From Frankiaceae bacterium (lineage in GTDB: Bacteria > Actinomycetota > Actinomycetes > BP-191), in contig DASZER010000067.1 in NCBI GenBank assembly GCA_035940575.1, positions 7,729-71,728 on the forward strand: a stretch of DNA of 64,000 nucleotides, written 5' to 3'. Made by a program: the position numbers and the translations under genes. Below, in pieces: positions 1 to 9,303 of this stretch. Below the pieces are notes generated by a model. That model worked only from the letters and a program-made list of their open reading frames with translations. It was not told the origin of the DNA and did not search any database. Every line of letters begins with the position of its first letter. The first letter of the stretch is position 1.

Positions 1-656
1 ACGCGGCGCAGGTACCGGCCGTCGGTGAGCAGCCGCTCCGGGTCGGAGACGACGACGGCGCGGGCCCACTCCCTCCACTCGCGCAGCAGCGCGCGGGCGG
101 CGGAGGTCTTGCCGGTGCCGGGCTCGCCGTACCAGACCATCAGGCGCCGTGACTCGTCCACGGACGCCCGGTGCGCCATGAGCGCGGAGAGCGCGTCACG
201 GACGCGGGCCGGGTACAGGCCGGCCACGTCGCCCCACGGCGGCGCGACGATGCGCACCTCGCGGTCGGGGACGTCGGCGTCGACGAACGTCACAGGCAGC
301 CGCCCGTCATCGGGCGGAGGCGGGGGGACGCGGTCGAGGACACGCCGCGTCGCGGCGTTCGCGGCGGCCGCGGTCGGCGCGGTGACGACGACCTCGCCGC
401 CCCACGGGAACAGGCGGGCGAGGACGACGACGCGGCCGGACCTGGCGAGGACGAACGTGCCCGCGCCACCGAGGTCGCCGCGCTGGAGGACGCGGAAGTC
501 GCCGGGTACGACGTCGGGCCCGGCCGCGGCCTGGAAGCCGCGCCGGACGAGGTGGCCGTTGCGGGACGCGTCGTGCTCGCGCAGGAACAGCAGGACGCCG
601 AGGTCGGTGTCCAGACCGAGCGGGACGTGCCCGACGAGGCGGGTCTGGAAGGTCAT
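1..656 (-). CDS. P-loop AAA-type ATPase, N-terminal ~218 aa (3' end lies outside the window)
   Basis: Not in the ORF track because no stop lies in the window. My reverse translation from ATG 656..654 reads MTFQTRLVGHVPLG...MVWYGEPGTGKTSAARALL, with Walker A encoded at ~105-140. GC3-rich and divergent from the helicase gene. Confidence 0.75.
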   Translation of the reverse strand, partial: MTFQTRLVGHVPLGLDTDLGVLLFLREHDASRNGHLVRRGFQAAAGPDVVPGDFRVLQRGDLGGAGTFVLARSGRVVVLARLFPWGGEVVVTAPTAAAANAATRRVLDRVPPPPPDDGRLPVTFVDADVPDREVRIVAPPWGDVAGLYPARVRDALSALMAHRASVDESRRLMVWYGEPGTGKTSAARALLREWREWARAVVVSDPERLLTDGRYLRR

Positions 657-896
657 GGCTGTCTCGGGATGTCGGGGCGCCGCGTCGCGCCCCGCGAGAT
701 CAGGACGTACGCCGCACCGGGTTCTCGGAAGGCACGGGTGGTGCTCCTTCGGTGGAGGTGGCCGCCGCATGGCCGGGAGCGAGGGTGACAGCGAGGTGGC
801 GCGGTGTCGACGGAGTTTCCCGCGCGTCCCTCGGCGTGTCGGCGGGGCGGCTGGGTTAGCGTCGGGGTCCGTTCCTCGGCACCAGGAAAGCGGCAC

Positions 897-2597
897 GTGA
901 CCCTCGCGTTCGACCCGGCCCCGTCGGCCGCCACCGGCCCCCCGCTCCGCGCGTGGCAGCGCCGCGCCCTCGTGGCGTACCTCCAGCGCCGCCCCCAGGA
1001 CTTCCTCGCCGTGGCGACGCCCGGCGCGGGCAAGACGACGTTCGCGCTCAAGGTCGCGGCCGAGCTGCTCGCCGACCACACGGTCCAGGCGGTGACGGTC
1101 GTGACGCCGACCGAGCACCTCAAGGGGCAGTGGGCGGACGCGGCGGCGCGGGCCGGGATCGCGCTCGACCCGACGTTCAGCAACGCCGTCGCGCGGACGA
1201 GCCGCGACTTCACGGGCGTCGCGGTGACGTACGCGCAGGTGGCCGCCCACCCGATGCTGCACCGCGCGCGCACCGAGGCGCGGCGGACGCTGGTGATCCT
1301 CGACGAGATCCACCACGCTGGCGACGCGCGGTCGTGGGGCGACGCGGTGCGCGAGGCGTTCGCCCCGGCGGCGCGGCGGCTGGCGCTGACGGGCACGCCG
1401 TTCCGCAGCGACACCAACGCGATCCCGTTCGTGACGTACGAGGCCGGCGCGGACGGCGTGCGGCGCTCGCGGTCGGACCACTCCTACGGCTACGCGGACG
1501 CGTTGCGCGACAGGGTCGTGCGGCCCGTGCTGTTCCTCGCGTACAGCGGCGAGATGCGCTGGCGCACGTCCGCCGGCGACGAGGTCGCGGCGACGCTCGG
1601 CGAGGACCTGACGCCCGACGCGGTCGCGCAGGCGTGGCGTACGGCGCTCGACCCGAAGGGCGAGTGGATCCCGACGGTGCTCGCGGCGGCCGACGCGCGG
1701 CTGACAGCGAAGCGGCGCGCGATGCCCGACGCGGGCGGGCTCGTCATCGCGAGCGACCACGAGTCGGCGCGGGCGTACGCCGCGCTGCTCAAGGGGATCA
1801 CCGACAAGGCGCCGACGGTCGTGCTGTCGGACGACCCGAAGGCGTCGAAGAAGATCGGCGCGTTCGCGGCGTCCGACGAGCGCTGGCTCGTCGCGGTGCG
1901 GATGGTGTCGGAGGGCGTCGACGTGCCGCGCCTCGCGGTCGGCGTCTACGCGACGAACGCGTCGACGCCGCTGTTCTTCGCCCAGGCCGTCGGGCGCTTC
2001 GTCCGCGCGCGGTCGCCGCGCGAGACGGCGAGCGTGTTCCTGCCGAGCGTGCCGACGCTGATGGCGCTCGCGGCCGAGATGGAGGTCGAGCGCGACCACG
2101 CGCTGCAACGCCCGCTGCGCGACGGCGAGTGGGACGACGACCTGCTCGCCGACGCCAACCGCACGAAGACCGAGCCGGACTTCGACGCGCCGCGGTGGGA
2201 GGCGCTCGGCGCGTCGGCGCACCTCGACCGCGTCATCTTCGACGGCGCCGACTACGGCTCCGCCGCCGCGCCCGGCACGCCCGAGGAGGAGGACTTCCTG
2301 GGGCTGCCTGGCCTGCTCGACGCCGACCAGGTCGCGGTGCTGCTGCAACGCCGCCAGGCCGAGCAGCAGCGGGCGTTGCGGGGCGGGGGGGTGCCCGCCG
2401 AGCGGGCGCTGTCGCCGCACGAGGAGCTGGCCGGCCTGCGCCGCGAGCTCAACGCGCTCGTCAACGCGAAGTCGATGTCGACCGGGCGCACGCAGGCGGT
2501 CATCCACGCGGAGCTGCGCCGGGTGCTCGGCGGGCCGCAGACGAAGGAGGCGAGCGCGGAGGAGATCCGCGCCCGCATCGCGTACCTCCGCGGCTAG
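897..2597 (+). CDS. SF2 DEAD/DEAH-box (type III restriction Res-like) helicase
   Basis: ORF 804..2597. Motifs ATPGAGKT (Walker A), DEIHH (motif II) and LALTGTPFRSD, plus a helicase C-terminal region. GTG 897 follows GGAAAG and is in frame; the start could also be 804. Confidence 0.85.
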   Translation: MTLAFDPAPSAATGPPLRAWQRRALVAYLQRRPQDFLAVATPGAGKTTFALKVAAELLADHTVQAVTVVTPTEHLKGQWADAAARAGIALDPTFSNAVARTSRDFTGVAVTYAQVAAHPMLHRARTEARRTLVILDEIHHAGDARSWGDAVREAFAPAARRLALTGTPFRSDTNAIPFVTYEAGADGVRRSRSDHSYGYADALRDRVVRPVLFLAYSGEMRWRTSAGDEVAATLGEDLTPDAVAQAWRTALDPKGEWIPTVLAAADARLTAKRRAMPDAGGLVIASDHESARAYAALLKGITDKAPTVVLSDDPKASKKIGAFAASDERWLVAVRMVSEGVDVPRLAVGVYATNASTPLFFAQAVGRFVRARSPRETASVFLPSVPTLMALAAEMEVERDHALQRPLRDGEWDDDLLADANRTKTEPDFDAPRWEALGASAHLDRVIFDGADYGSAAAPGTPEEEDFLGLPGLLDADQVAVLLQRRQAEQQRALRGGGVPAERALSPHEELAGLRRELNALVNAKSMSTGRTQAVIHAELRRVLGGPQTKEASAEEIRARIAYLRG

Positions 2598-3436
2598 GCC
2601 ACGACGCCCTTCGCCCACCACGCGACGTTCGTCAGGGTGAACGCTCCCTCGGGAGCGCCGAGCGAGCGCCACGCGGCGTCGCGCAGGGCGGCGGCGTGGC
2701 CGGCGTCGAGCGAGGCGAGGTACGCCCCGACGGGGCCCACGCCCTGGGTGAACCCGCTCCACCAGTCGTCGGCGCCGTCGTACGTCGAGGTCGCGGTCAG
2801 CCTGCCGCCCGTGACGTCCGTCGCGCCGGCGGCGGCGAGCCATCCGGTGAGGTCGCCCTCCTCGGTGCCGAAGCGGATGCCGTCGCCCTGGACCGACGGG
2901 TCGAGGCTCGCGGCGGCGGCCCAGAACGTCCGCAGCGCGGGCATGCCGTCGCTGCTCCAGAAGCACGCGGCGACGGTGCCGCCGGGGCGGGTGACGCGCA
3001 GCATCTCGCGCGCGCCGGCCTCGCGGTCGGCGAGGAAGCCGACGACGAGCGAGGACAGCGTGAGGTCGAACGCGCCGTCGTCGAACGGCAGCCGCTCGGC
3101 CGCGGCCTCGCGCACGTCGATGCCGGGGAGGCGGTCGCGGCACGCGGCGACGAACGGCGGCGACGGGTCGGCCGCGGCGACGTTCGCGACGCCGAGGCGC
3201 GCGACGAGCTCGCGGGTGAACCCGCCGGGGCCGCAGCCGACGTCGAGCGCGGTGAGCCCGGCGACGACGCCGGCGGCGTCGGCGAACGCGGGCGCGAGCG
3301 ACGGCAGGTAGCGGCCCATGAGGCGGTCGTAGCCGTCGGCCGAGGCGACGAACGACGGGCAGCGGGCGGCGGCGGCCGCGGCGGCGGTGGCGGTCGGGTC
3401 GGCGGTGGTCCGGTGGGTGGTGTCGGTGGTCGTCAT
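2594..3436 (-). CDS. class I SAM-dependent methyltransferase
   Basis: C-terminal 280 aa of ORF 2594..3607. SAM motif I is LDVGCGPGGF. Start set at ATG 3436 (MTTTDTTHR). Confidence 0.85.
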   Translation of the reverse strand: MTTTDTTHRTTADPTATAAAAAAARCPSFVASADGYDRLMGRYLPSLAPAFADAAGVVAGLTALDVGCGPGGFTRELVARLGVANVAAADPSPPFVAACRDRLPGIDVREAAAERLPFDDGAFDLTLSSLVVGFLADREAGAREMLRVTRPGGTVAACFWSSDGMPALRTFWAAAASLDPSVQGDGIRFGTEEGDLTGWLAAAGATDVTGGRLTATSTYDGADDWWSGFTQGVGPVGAYLASLDAGHAAALRDAAWRSLGAPEGAFTLTNVAWWAKGVVA

Positions 3437-3524
3437 GCCGCGCAGCATCGCGGCGGGCGATGTGGGCGCGCATGGGTGGTACCACCCATTCCGTCCCGGG
3501 GTCGCGTACCGGAGGATGTCGCGC

Positions 3525-5135
3525 ATGGACCTCGCCGCGCTGCTCGACGCCGGGCGCCTCGCGCTCGCCGAGGGCGACTGGGCGGCGGCGCGGGAGGCGT
3601 ACGGCAAGGCGGCCGCGACCGGCAGCGCCGAGGCCGCGCAGGGGCTCGCCGAGGCGTTGCTGGCCCTCGGCGACTACGACGGCGCGATCGCGCGCGGCGA
3701 AGAGGCGTACACGGGCTTCCGCGCGCGCGGCGAGGACGTCGCGGCCGCGTCGTCGGCGCGGCTCGTCGGCTACCTGTACGGCGTCGTGCACGGCAACGGC
3801 GCCGTCATGAGCGGCTGGATGGGGCGCGCCGCGAGCCTGCTGGAGTCGGCGGGCGACTGCCGCGAGCGCGCCCGCCTGGAGCTGACGCGCGCGACGCTCG
3901 CGGGCGACGACGAGACCCGCGAGCGCCACCTCGAGGCCGCCGTGGCGATCGCGCGGCGCAGCGGCGACGAGGACCTGGTCTTCGACGCGATGAGCGTGCG
4001 CGGGCTCCACCGCGTGGTGGCCGGCGACGTCGGGGCGGGCATGGCGCTGCTGGACGAGGCGCTCGCGGCGGTGGCGGCGGGCGAGGTGCGCGACGCGACG
4101 TCGGTCGGCGCCATGTACTGCAAGATGCTGCACGCCTGCGAGGTCACCTCCGACGTGCGGCGCGCCGAGGAGTGGCTCGGGCTCGCGGACCGGTGGGTGG
4201 AGCGCAGCGGCCGCGTGCCCATCCGCGCGATCTGCCGTACGCACTACGGCGGCGTGCTCACGGCCGCCGGCCGGTGGGACGAGGCCGAGGCCGAGCTGCG
4301 CGAGTCGGTCGAGCTCTACGACCGCAGCTACCGCGCGCTGCGCGGCGCGGCGGTCGTGCGCCTCGGCGCGCTGCGCGTCCGGCAGGGCCGGCTCGCCGAG
4401 GCCGGCGAGCTGCTCGCGGAGGCCGAGCACGACGCGTACGCCGTCCGCCCGCTCGTCGAGCTGCACGTCGCGCGCGGCGAGCCCGACCTCGCGGTGGCGC
4501 GGGTCGAGCGGTTCCTGCGCGAGCACGCGCGCGACGACGGCGCGCTGCTGCTGCTCGCGGTCCGCGCGCACCTCGCGCGCGGCGACCGTACGGCCGCCGT
4601 CGCCGCGTCGGCCCGCCTCGACGCGCTCGCGGCGGCGACCGACCACCCTGCCGTCGCGGCGACCGCGTGCCACGCGCGCGGGCTCGTCGGCGAGGACGCC
4701 GTACGCCACCTGGAGGCGGCCGTGGCGGCGTTCGCCGCGCAACGCCTCCCGCTCGAGGAGGCGCGGGCGCGGCTCGACCTCGCGTCCGTCCTCGCGGCGG
4801 ACGGCTCGGCGATGGCGGTCGTGGAGGCGCGGGGGGCGCTGGCGACGTTCCAGGCGCTACGCGCGGCGCGCGACGCCGACGCGGCCACGAGCCTGCTGCG
4901 CCGGCTCGGCGTGCGCGGGCACTCGGGGCCGCGCGGGTCGGGCGTGCTGACGCCGCGCGAGGAGGAGGTGCTCGCGCTGCTCGGCGACGGCCTGTCGAAC
5001 GCCGACATCGCGGCGCGGCTGTTCGTGAGTCCGCGCACCGCCGAGCACCACGTCTCGAACATCCTCGCCAAGCTCGGTCTCGGCAGCCGCGCCGAGGCGA
5101 CGGCGTACGCCGTCCGCAACGGCGTGTCAGGGTGA
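3525..5135 (+). CDS. LuxR-family transcriptional regulator (TPR-like helical repeats plus C-terminal GerE/LuxR HTH)
   Basis: ORF 3387..5135. The C-terminus LTPREEEVLALLGDGLSNADIAARLFVSPRTAEHHVSNILAKLG is a LuxR HTH. ATG 3525 lies 9 nt after GGAGG; ATG 3516 is an alternative. Confidence 0.85.
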   Translation: MDLAALLDAGRLALAEGDWAAAREAYGKAAATGSAEAAQGLAEALLALGDYDGAIARGEEAYTGFRARGEDVAAASSARLVGYLYGVVHGNGAVMSGWMGRAASLLESAGDCRERARLELTRATLAGDDETRERHLEAAVAIARRSGDEDLVFDAMSVRGLHRVVAGDVGAGMALLDEALAAVAAGEVRDATSVGAMYCKMLHACEVTSDVRRAEEWLGLADRWVERSGRVPIRAICRTHYGGVLTAAGRWDEAEAELRESVELYDRSYRALRGAAVVRLGALRVRQGRLAEAGELLAEAEHDAYAVRPLVELHVARGEPDLAVARVERFLREHARDDGALLLLAVRAHLARGDRTAAVAASARLDALAAATDHPAVAATACHARGLVGEDAVRHLEAAVAAFAAQRLPLEEARARLDLASVLAADGSAMAVVEARGALATFQALRAARDADAATSLLRRLGVRGHSGPRGSGVLTPREEEVLALLGDGLSNADIAARLFVSPRTAEHHVSNILAKLGLGSRAEATAYAVRNGVSG

Positions 5136-5139
5136 GCGC

Positions 5140-5877
5140 GTGAAGGACTTCGACCCGCGAACGCACACGTTCCGCGAAGGCACCGCCGCGATCTACGACG
5201 ACCACCCGCGCGGCGACGAGGCGGAGACGGTGGCGTTCCTCGCGGACCTGGCCGGGGACGGGGCGGTGCTGGAGCTCGCCATCGGCACCGGCCGCATCGC
5301 GGTGCCGCTCGCGGAGCGAGGCGTGCGCGTGGACGGCATCGACTTCTCGGAGCCGATGGTCGAGCGCCTGCGCGCCAAGCGCGACGACCTCGCCGTCACG
5401 ATCGGCGACTTCGCGGACGTCGCGGTCGACGGGACGTACCGGCTCGTCTACCTCGTCTACAACACGCTGTTCAACCTGCTCACGCAGGACGACCAGGTGC
5501 GCTGCTTCGTCAACGTCGCCGCGCACCTGGAGGACGGCGGCGCGTTCGTCGTGGAGGCGTTCACGCCCGGCTACCTGTACGCGCTGCGCGACGGCCAGTA
5601 CGTCGACGCGGAGCGCATCGAGGTGGACGCCGTGACGTTCGACGTGGGCAGGCACGACCCGGTCGCGCAGATCCTCGACGAGAGCCACGTGACGCTGTCG
5701 GCGGCGGGCATCCGCGTCGCGCCGATCGTGTGCCGCTACGCGTGGCCGAGCGAGCTCGACCTGATGGCGCGGGTCGCGGGGCTGCGGCTGCGGGCGCGCT
5801 ACGGCGGGTGGCTCGGGGAGCCGTTCGAGGCGGACAGTCGCAGGCACGTGTCGGTGTACGAGAAGGCCGGGGCATGA
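5140..5877 (+). CDS. class I SAM-dependent methyltransferase
   Basis: ORF 5140..5877 (GTG start). Motif I is VLELAIGTGRIAVPLA, and the overall pattern matches Methyltransf_11/25-like proteins. Confidence 0.85.
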   Translation: MKDFDPRTHTFREGTAAIYDDHPRGDEAETVAFLADLAGDGAVLELAIGTGRIAVPLAERGVRVDGIDFSEPMVERLRAKRDDLAVTIGDFADVAVDGTYRLVYLVYNTLFNLLTQDDQVRCFVNVAAHLEDGGAFVVEAFTPGYLYALRDGQYVDAERIEVDAVTFDVGRHDPVAQILDESHVTLSAAGIRVAPIVCRYAWPSELDLMARVAGLRLRARYGGWLGEPFEADSRRHVSVYEKAGA

Positions 5878-6404
5878 ACCGATACCCACCCATGGCGGGC
5901 ACCGAGGTCGAGACGCTGCTCGGCTCGCTGGAACGCCAGCGCGCGACGTTCGCCTGGAAGTGCGGCGGCCTGGACGCCGAGGGCCTGCGCGCGACGGTCG
6001 GCGTCTCCGCGATCACGATCGGCGGGCTGCTCAAGCACATGGCGCAGGTCGAGGACGACTACGCGTACCGGCGCATCCGCGGGCAGCGGCCGCCCGAGCC
6101 GTGGGACCCGTGGGACTGGGACTCGGCGTGGACGACCGCGAGGGACGACGCGCCGGAGGACCTGATGGCGCTGTGGCGCGGGGCCGCCGACCGCAACCGC
6201 GCCGCGACGGCCGAGCTGCTCGAACGCGGCGGCGACCTCGGCGCGCTGAGCGAGCCGATCCCGCCGGAGGGCGACCGGCTGTCGTTGCGCCGCCTGCTCG
6301 TGGACCTGGTCGAGGAGTACGCGCGCCACGTCGGCCACGCCGACCTGATCCGCGAGACCGTGGACGGCCTCGTCGGCGAGGACCCGCCCGACCTGGAGGC
6401 GTAG
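5874..6404 (+). CDS. DinB/DUF664-family (mycothiol-transferase-like four-helix bundle) protein
   Basis: In-frame ATG 5874 inside ORF 5730..6404, making an ATGA overlap with the upstream stop. Motifs MAGTEVETLLGSLERQRATF and LVDLVEEYARHVGHADLIRE are typical of DUF664/DinB_2. Confidence 0.8.
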   Translation: MNRYPPMAGTEVETLLGSLERQRATFAWKCGGLDAEGLRATVGVSAITIGGLLKHMAQVEDDYAYRRIRGQRPPEPWDPWDWDSAWTTARDDAPEDLMALWRGAADRNRAATAELLERGGDLGALSEPIPPEGDRLSLRRLLVDLVEEYARHVGHADLIRETVDGLVGEDPPDLEA

Positions 6405-6501
6405 GAGCGCGACCGGCGGGCACGCCGCTCGTTGAGAGGAACGGCGCCTCCCCGCGTCGAACACGAAGGTAAGCAGCCCGTCACCTCCTTGGAGTGCCCG
6501 C

Positions 6502-9090
6502 ATGCTCGTGCGCCCCCGGCGTCTCCTCGTCCTCCTCGCCGCCTCCGGCGTCGTCGCCACCGCGGCGGCAGGCGCGGCGGGCCCGCGCGCCAAGACCGCG
6601 ACGCTGGCGGACGCGTTGAAGCGCAGGACCGTGGCCGCCGAGCCCCGTGCCCGAGCCGCGACGCCCGAGGACCGCTACGCCCCGGCCGGCGGCTGCTACG
6701 TCGCCAAGTCCGCCGCCAGCGGCAAGTACGTCACCCGCGCGGGCGACGCGTGGGCCGCGACCGCGACGCGCGACAAGGCCGAGCCGATCCACTTCCAGGC
6801 CTACGACCTCGGCAAGTACCTGCTCTTCGCCAGCCAGAAGGACTACGTCGCCGTCGAGGCCGACCCGACGAACGGCGGCCCGCCGACCGTCGCGCGCGTC
6901 GCCACCGGCTACGTGAAGGGCACCGGCGACGAGAACCTCGACCCGGTCCGCGACCCCGCCGTAGGCGCGGTCGACACGCTCGCGAGCACCGCCGACGGCC
7001 CGAGCGACGCGGTCGCCGAGCAGGCGCGCGGCGAGGGCGTCGTCGTCGCGGCGGCGCCGAGCGCGGCGGCGGAGTGGGTGCTCAAGTCCCTCGACGGCGG
7101 CGGCTTCACGCTGCAGAACCCCGTGGACGACTCCGAGCCGGAGAACCCGGGCCCGCTCGACCCGGCGATCCGCGCGACGCTGACCGCGACCAAGGACGGC
7201 GCGCTCGCCGCGACCGACGGCGCGGTGACCGGCGACCCGGCGCGGTTCACGTTCGAGCTCGCGACCGGCTGCGCGACGTTCCCCGAGATCACGACGAACG
7301 TCTCCGGCCCCGTCGCGGCCGGCGCGACGCCGTACGGCGAGACGCAGGGCTACTTCGACGCGCACCTGCACGCGATGGCGTTCGAGTTCATCGGCGGCAA
7401 GTCGCGCTGCGGCAGGCCGTGGCACCCGTACGGCGTGGCGTACGCGCTCGTCGACTGCCCCGACCACGAGCCCGGCGGTCACGGCGCGGTCCTCGAGGCG
7501 GCGCTGTCCGGCTCCAACCCCGCCGAGGGCCACGACACGGTCGGCTGGCCGACGTTCGGCTACTGGCCGAAGTACTCCTCGCTCACCCACGAGCAGGTCT
7601 ACTACAAGTGGCTCGAGCGCTCGTGGCAGGGCGGCCTGCGGATGTTCACCAACCTGCTGGTGGACAACAACGTGCTCTGCGAGCTGTACCCGTACAAGAA
7701 GAACTCCTGCAACGAGATGGACGGCGTGCGCCTCCAGGCGCAGCGCCTCCACGAGCTGGAGCGCTACGTCGACGCGCAGAGCGGCGGCCCCGGCCGCGGC
7801 TGGTTCAGGATCGTCAAGGACCCGTTCGAGGCGCGCCGCGTCATCAACGACGGCAAGCTCGCGGTCGTCATGGGCATCGAGGTGTCGGTGCCGTTCGACT
7901 GCGGCGAGTACCTCAACGTCACCCGCCCCGGCTGCGACGCGGCCGCCATCAAGTCGCGCCTGCAGGAGGTCTACGACCTCGGCGTCCGCCAGATGGAGCT
8001 GACGAACAAGTTCGACAACGCGCTCACCGGCGTCACCGGCGACAACACCGAGCAGGGCGTCATCGTCAACGCCGGCAACAAGTACGAGACCGGCCACAAC
8101 TGGCAGATGGAGACCTGCGACCACCCGGAGAACGGGCGCACGGACCGCTACCAGTACAACGTCTCCGACGGCGTCGACGGCAACGCGCCGCCGGAGGAGA
8201 TCGGCCGCGACGCGATCTTCTCGGCGGTGCTCGAGCAGTTCGGCAAGACCGGCGCCGCGCCCGTGTACTCGGCCGGCCCGCACTGCAACGTCGTCGGCCT
8301 CTCCGACCTCGGCCGCGACGCGATCCGCGGCATGTCCGAGCTCGGCATGGTGTTCGACCCCGACCACATGAGCGCGAAGGCGCGCGAGCAGGCGATGGAC
8401 TACCTCGCCAACACGCTGCACTACGGCGGCATCGTCTCGTCGCACTCGTGGGCGGACGACCCGACGTACCAGGCGATCCTCAAGCTCGGCGGCGTCGTGA
8501 CGCCGCACGCCGGCCGCACGACGACGTTCGTGGAGAAGTGGCGCAAGCTGCGCGAGTGGTCCGACGACCGCTACCTCTACGGCATCGGCTTCGGCTCCGA
8601 CGTCAACGGCTTCTCGACGCAGGGCTCGCCGCGCAACCCGTCCGAGGCGAACGACGTGGACTACCCGTTCACCGGCCTCGGCGGCGTCACCGTCGACATG
8701 CAGCGCAGCGGCGAGAAGACGTACGACTACAACAAGACCGGCACCGACCACTACGGCCTCTACCCGGACTGGGTCGAGGACGCGCGGCTCGTCGCGGGCG
8801 CCGACGGCGCGCAGCTCGTCGCGGACCTCGCGCGGGGCGCGGAGGCGTACCTGCAGATGTGGGAGCGGGCCATCGGCATCCGCCCGAACGCCTGCCGTGC
8901 CGACGTCACCGACCTGACGAAGGCACAGATGAAGGCGCTGCCGAAGTCGGCGACGCCGGAGCAGGTGCTCGCGGCCGTGGGCCAGCCCGACACGCGGGTG
9001 GGGGAGACGTTCACCTACTGTGTCGAGGGTGGCAAGGCGACGGTCACGTTCGACAAGAAGGGCACGCTGCGCAACGTCGCGCTGCCGTAG
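6502..9090 (+). CDS. large secreted protein with a C-terminal metal-hydrolase-like (amidohydrolase/M19 dipeptidase-like) region; function unknown
   Basis: ORF 6502..9090. N-terminal signal peptide MLVRPRRLLVLLAASGVVATAAAGAAG. FDAHLHAM and FDPDHMS motifs suggest a metal-binding TIM-barrel hydrolase. The product call is from memory only. Confidence 0.8.
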   Translation: MLVRPRRLLVLLAASGVVATAAAGAAGPRAKTATLADALKRRTVAAEPRARAATPEDRYAPAGGCYVAKSAASGKYVTRAGDAWAATATRDKAEPIHFQAYDLGKYLLFASQKDYVAVEADPTNGGPPTVARVATGYVKGTGDENLDPVRDPAVGAVDTLASTADGPSDAVAEQARGEGVVVAAAPSAAAEWVLKSLDGGGFTLQNPVDDSEPENPGPLDPAIRATLTATKDGALAATDGAVTGDPARFTFELATGCATFPEITTNVSGPVAAGATPYGETQGYFDAHLHAMAFEFIGGKSRCGRPWHPYGVAYALVDCPDHEPGGHGAVLEAALSGSNPAEGHDTVGWPTFGYWPKYSSLTHEQVYYKWLERSWQGGLRMFTNLLVDNNVLCELYPYKKNSCNEMDGVRLQAQRLHELERYVDAQSGGPGRGWFRIVKDPFEARRVINDGKLAVVMGIEVSVPFDCGEYLNVTRPGCDAAAIKSRLQEVYDLGVRQMELTNKFDNALTGVTGDNTEQGVIVNAGNKYETGHNWQMETCDHPENGRTDRYQYNVSDGVDGNAPPEEIGRDAIFSAVLEQFGKTGAAPVYSAGPHCNVVGLSDLGRDAIRGMSELGMVFDPDHMSAKAREQAMDYLANTLHYGGIVSSHSWADDPTYQAILKLGGVVTPHAGRTTTFVEKWRKLREWSDDRYLYGIGFGSDVNGFSTQGSPRNPSEANDVDYPFTGLGGVTVDMQRSGEKTYDYNKTGTDHYGLYPDWVEDARLVAGADGAQLVADLARGAEAYLQMWERAIGIRPNACRADVTDLTKAQMKALPKSATPEQVLAAVGQPDTRVGETFTYCVEGGKATVTFDKKGTLRNVALP

Positions 9091-9303
9091 CGCGGCCGTA
9101 GCGCTCCTGCTCCTCGCGGTGGTTCCCCGGGATCGACGACGCCGCCCTGCGTGACCCGCGCGGCTGGCAGCGGGCCGGGTTCCGGCTCCTCTGCTCGCCC
9201 GCGCCAGGACCTGCCGATCCCGCCGGCGTACGAGCCCTGACGTTCCGGCCCGGGCGGTCCTTCCGAGGGCTACCGTGGGCTCACGTCCAGTGGGGGGTCC
9301 ACC

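Noticed and set aside
953-5143. 1396-aa ORF on the + strand spanning the helicase, methyltransferase and LuxR genes
   Set aside because: The translation is a monotonous Arg/Ala/Gly/Pro/Asp string with no motifs. It runs out of frame or antisense over three ORFs that have clear family signatures. This is the usual stop-poor off-frame artefact of very GC-rich DNA.
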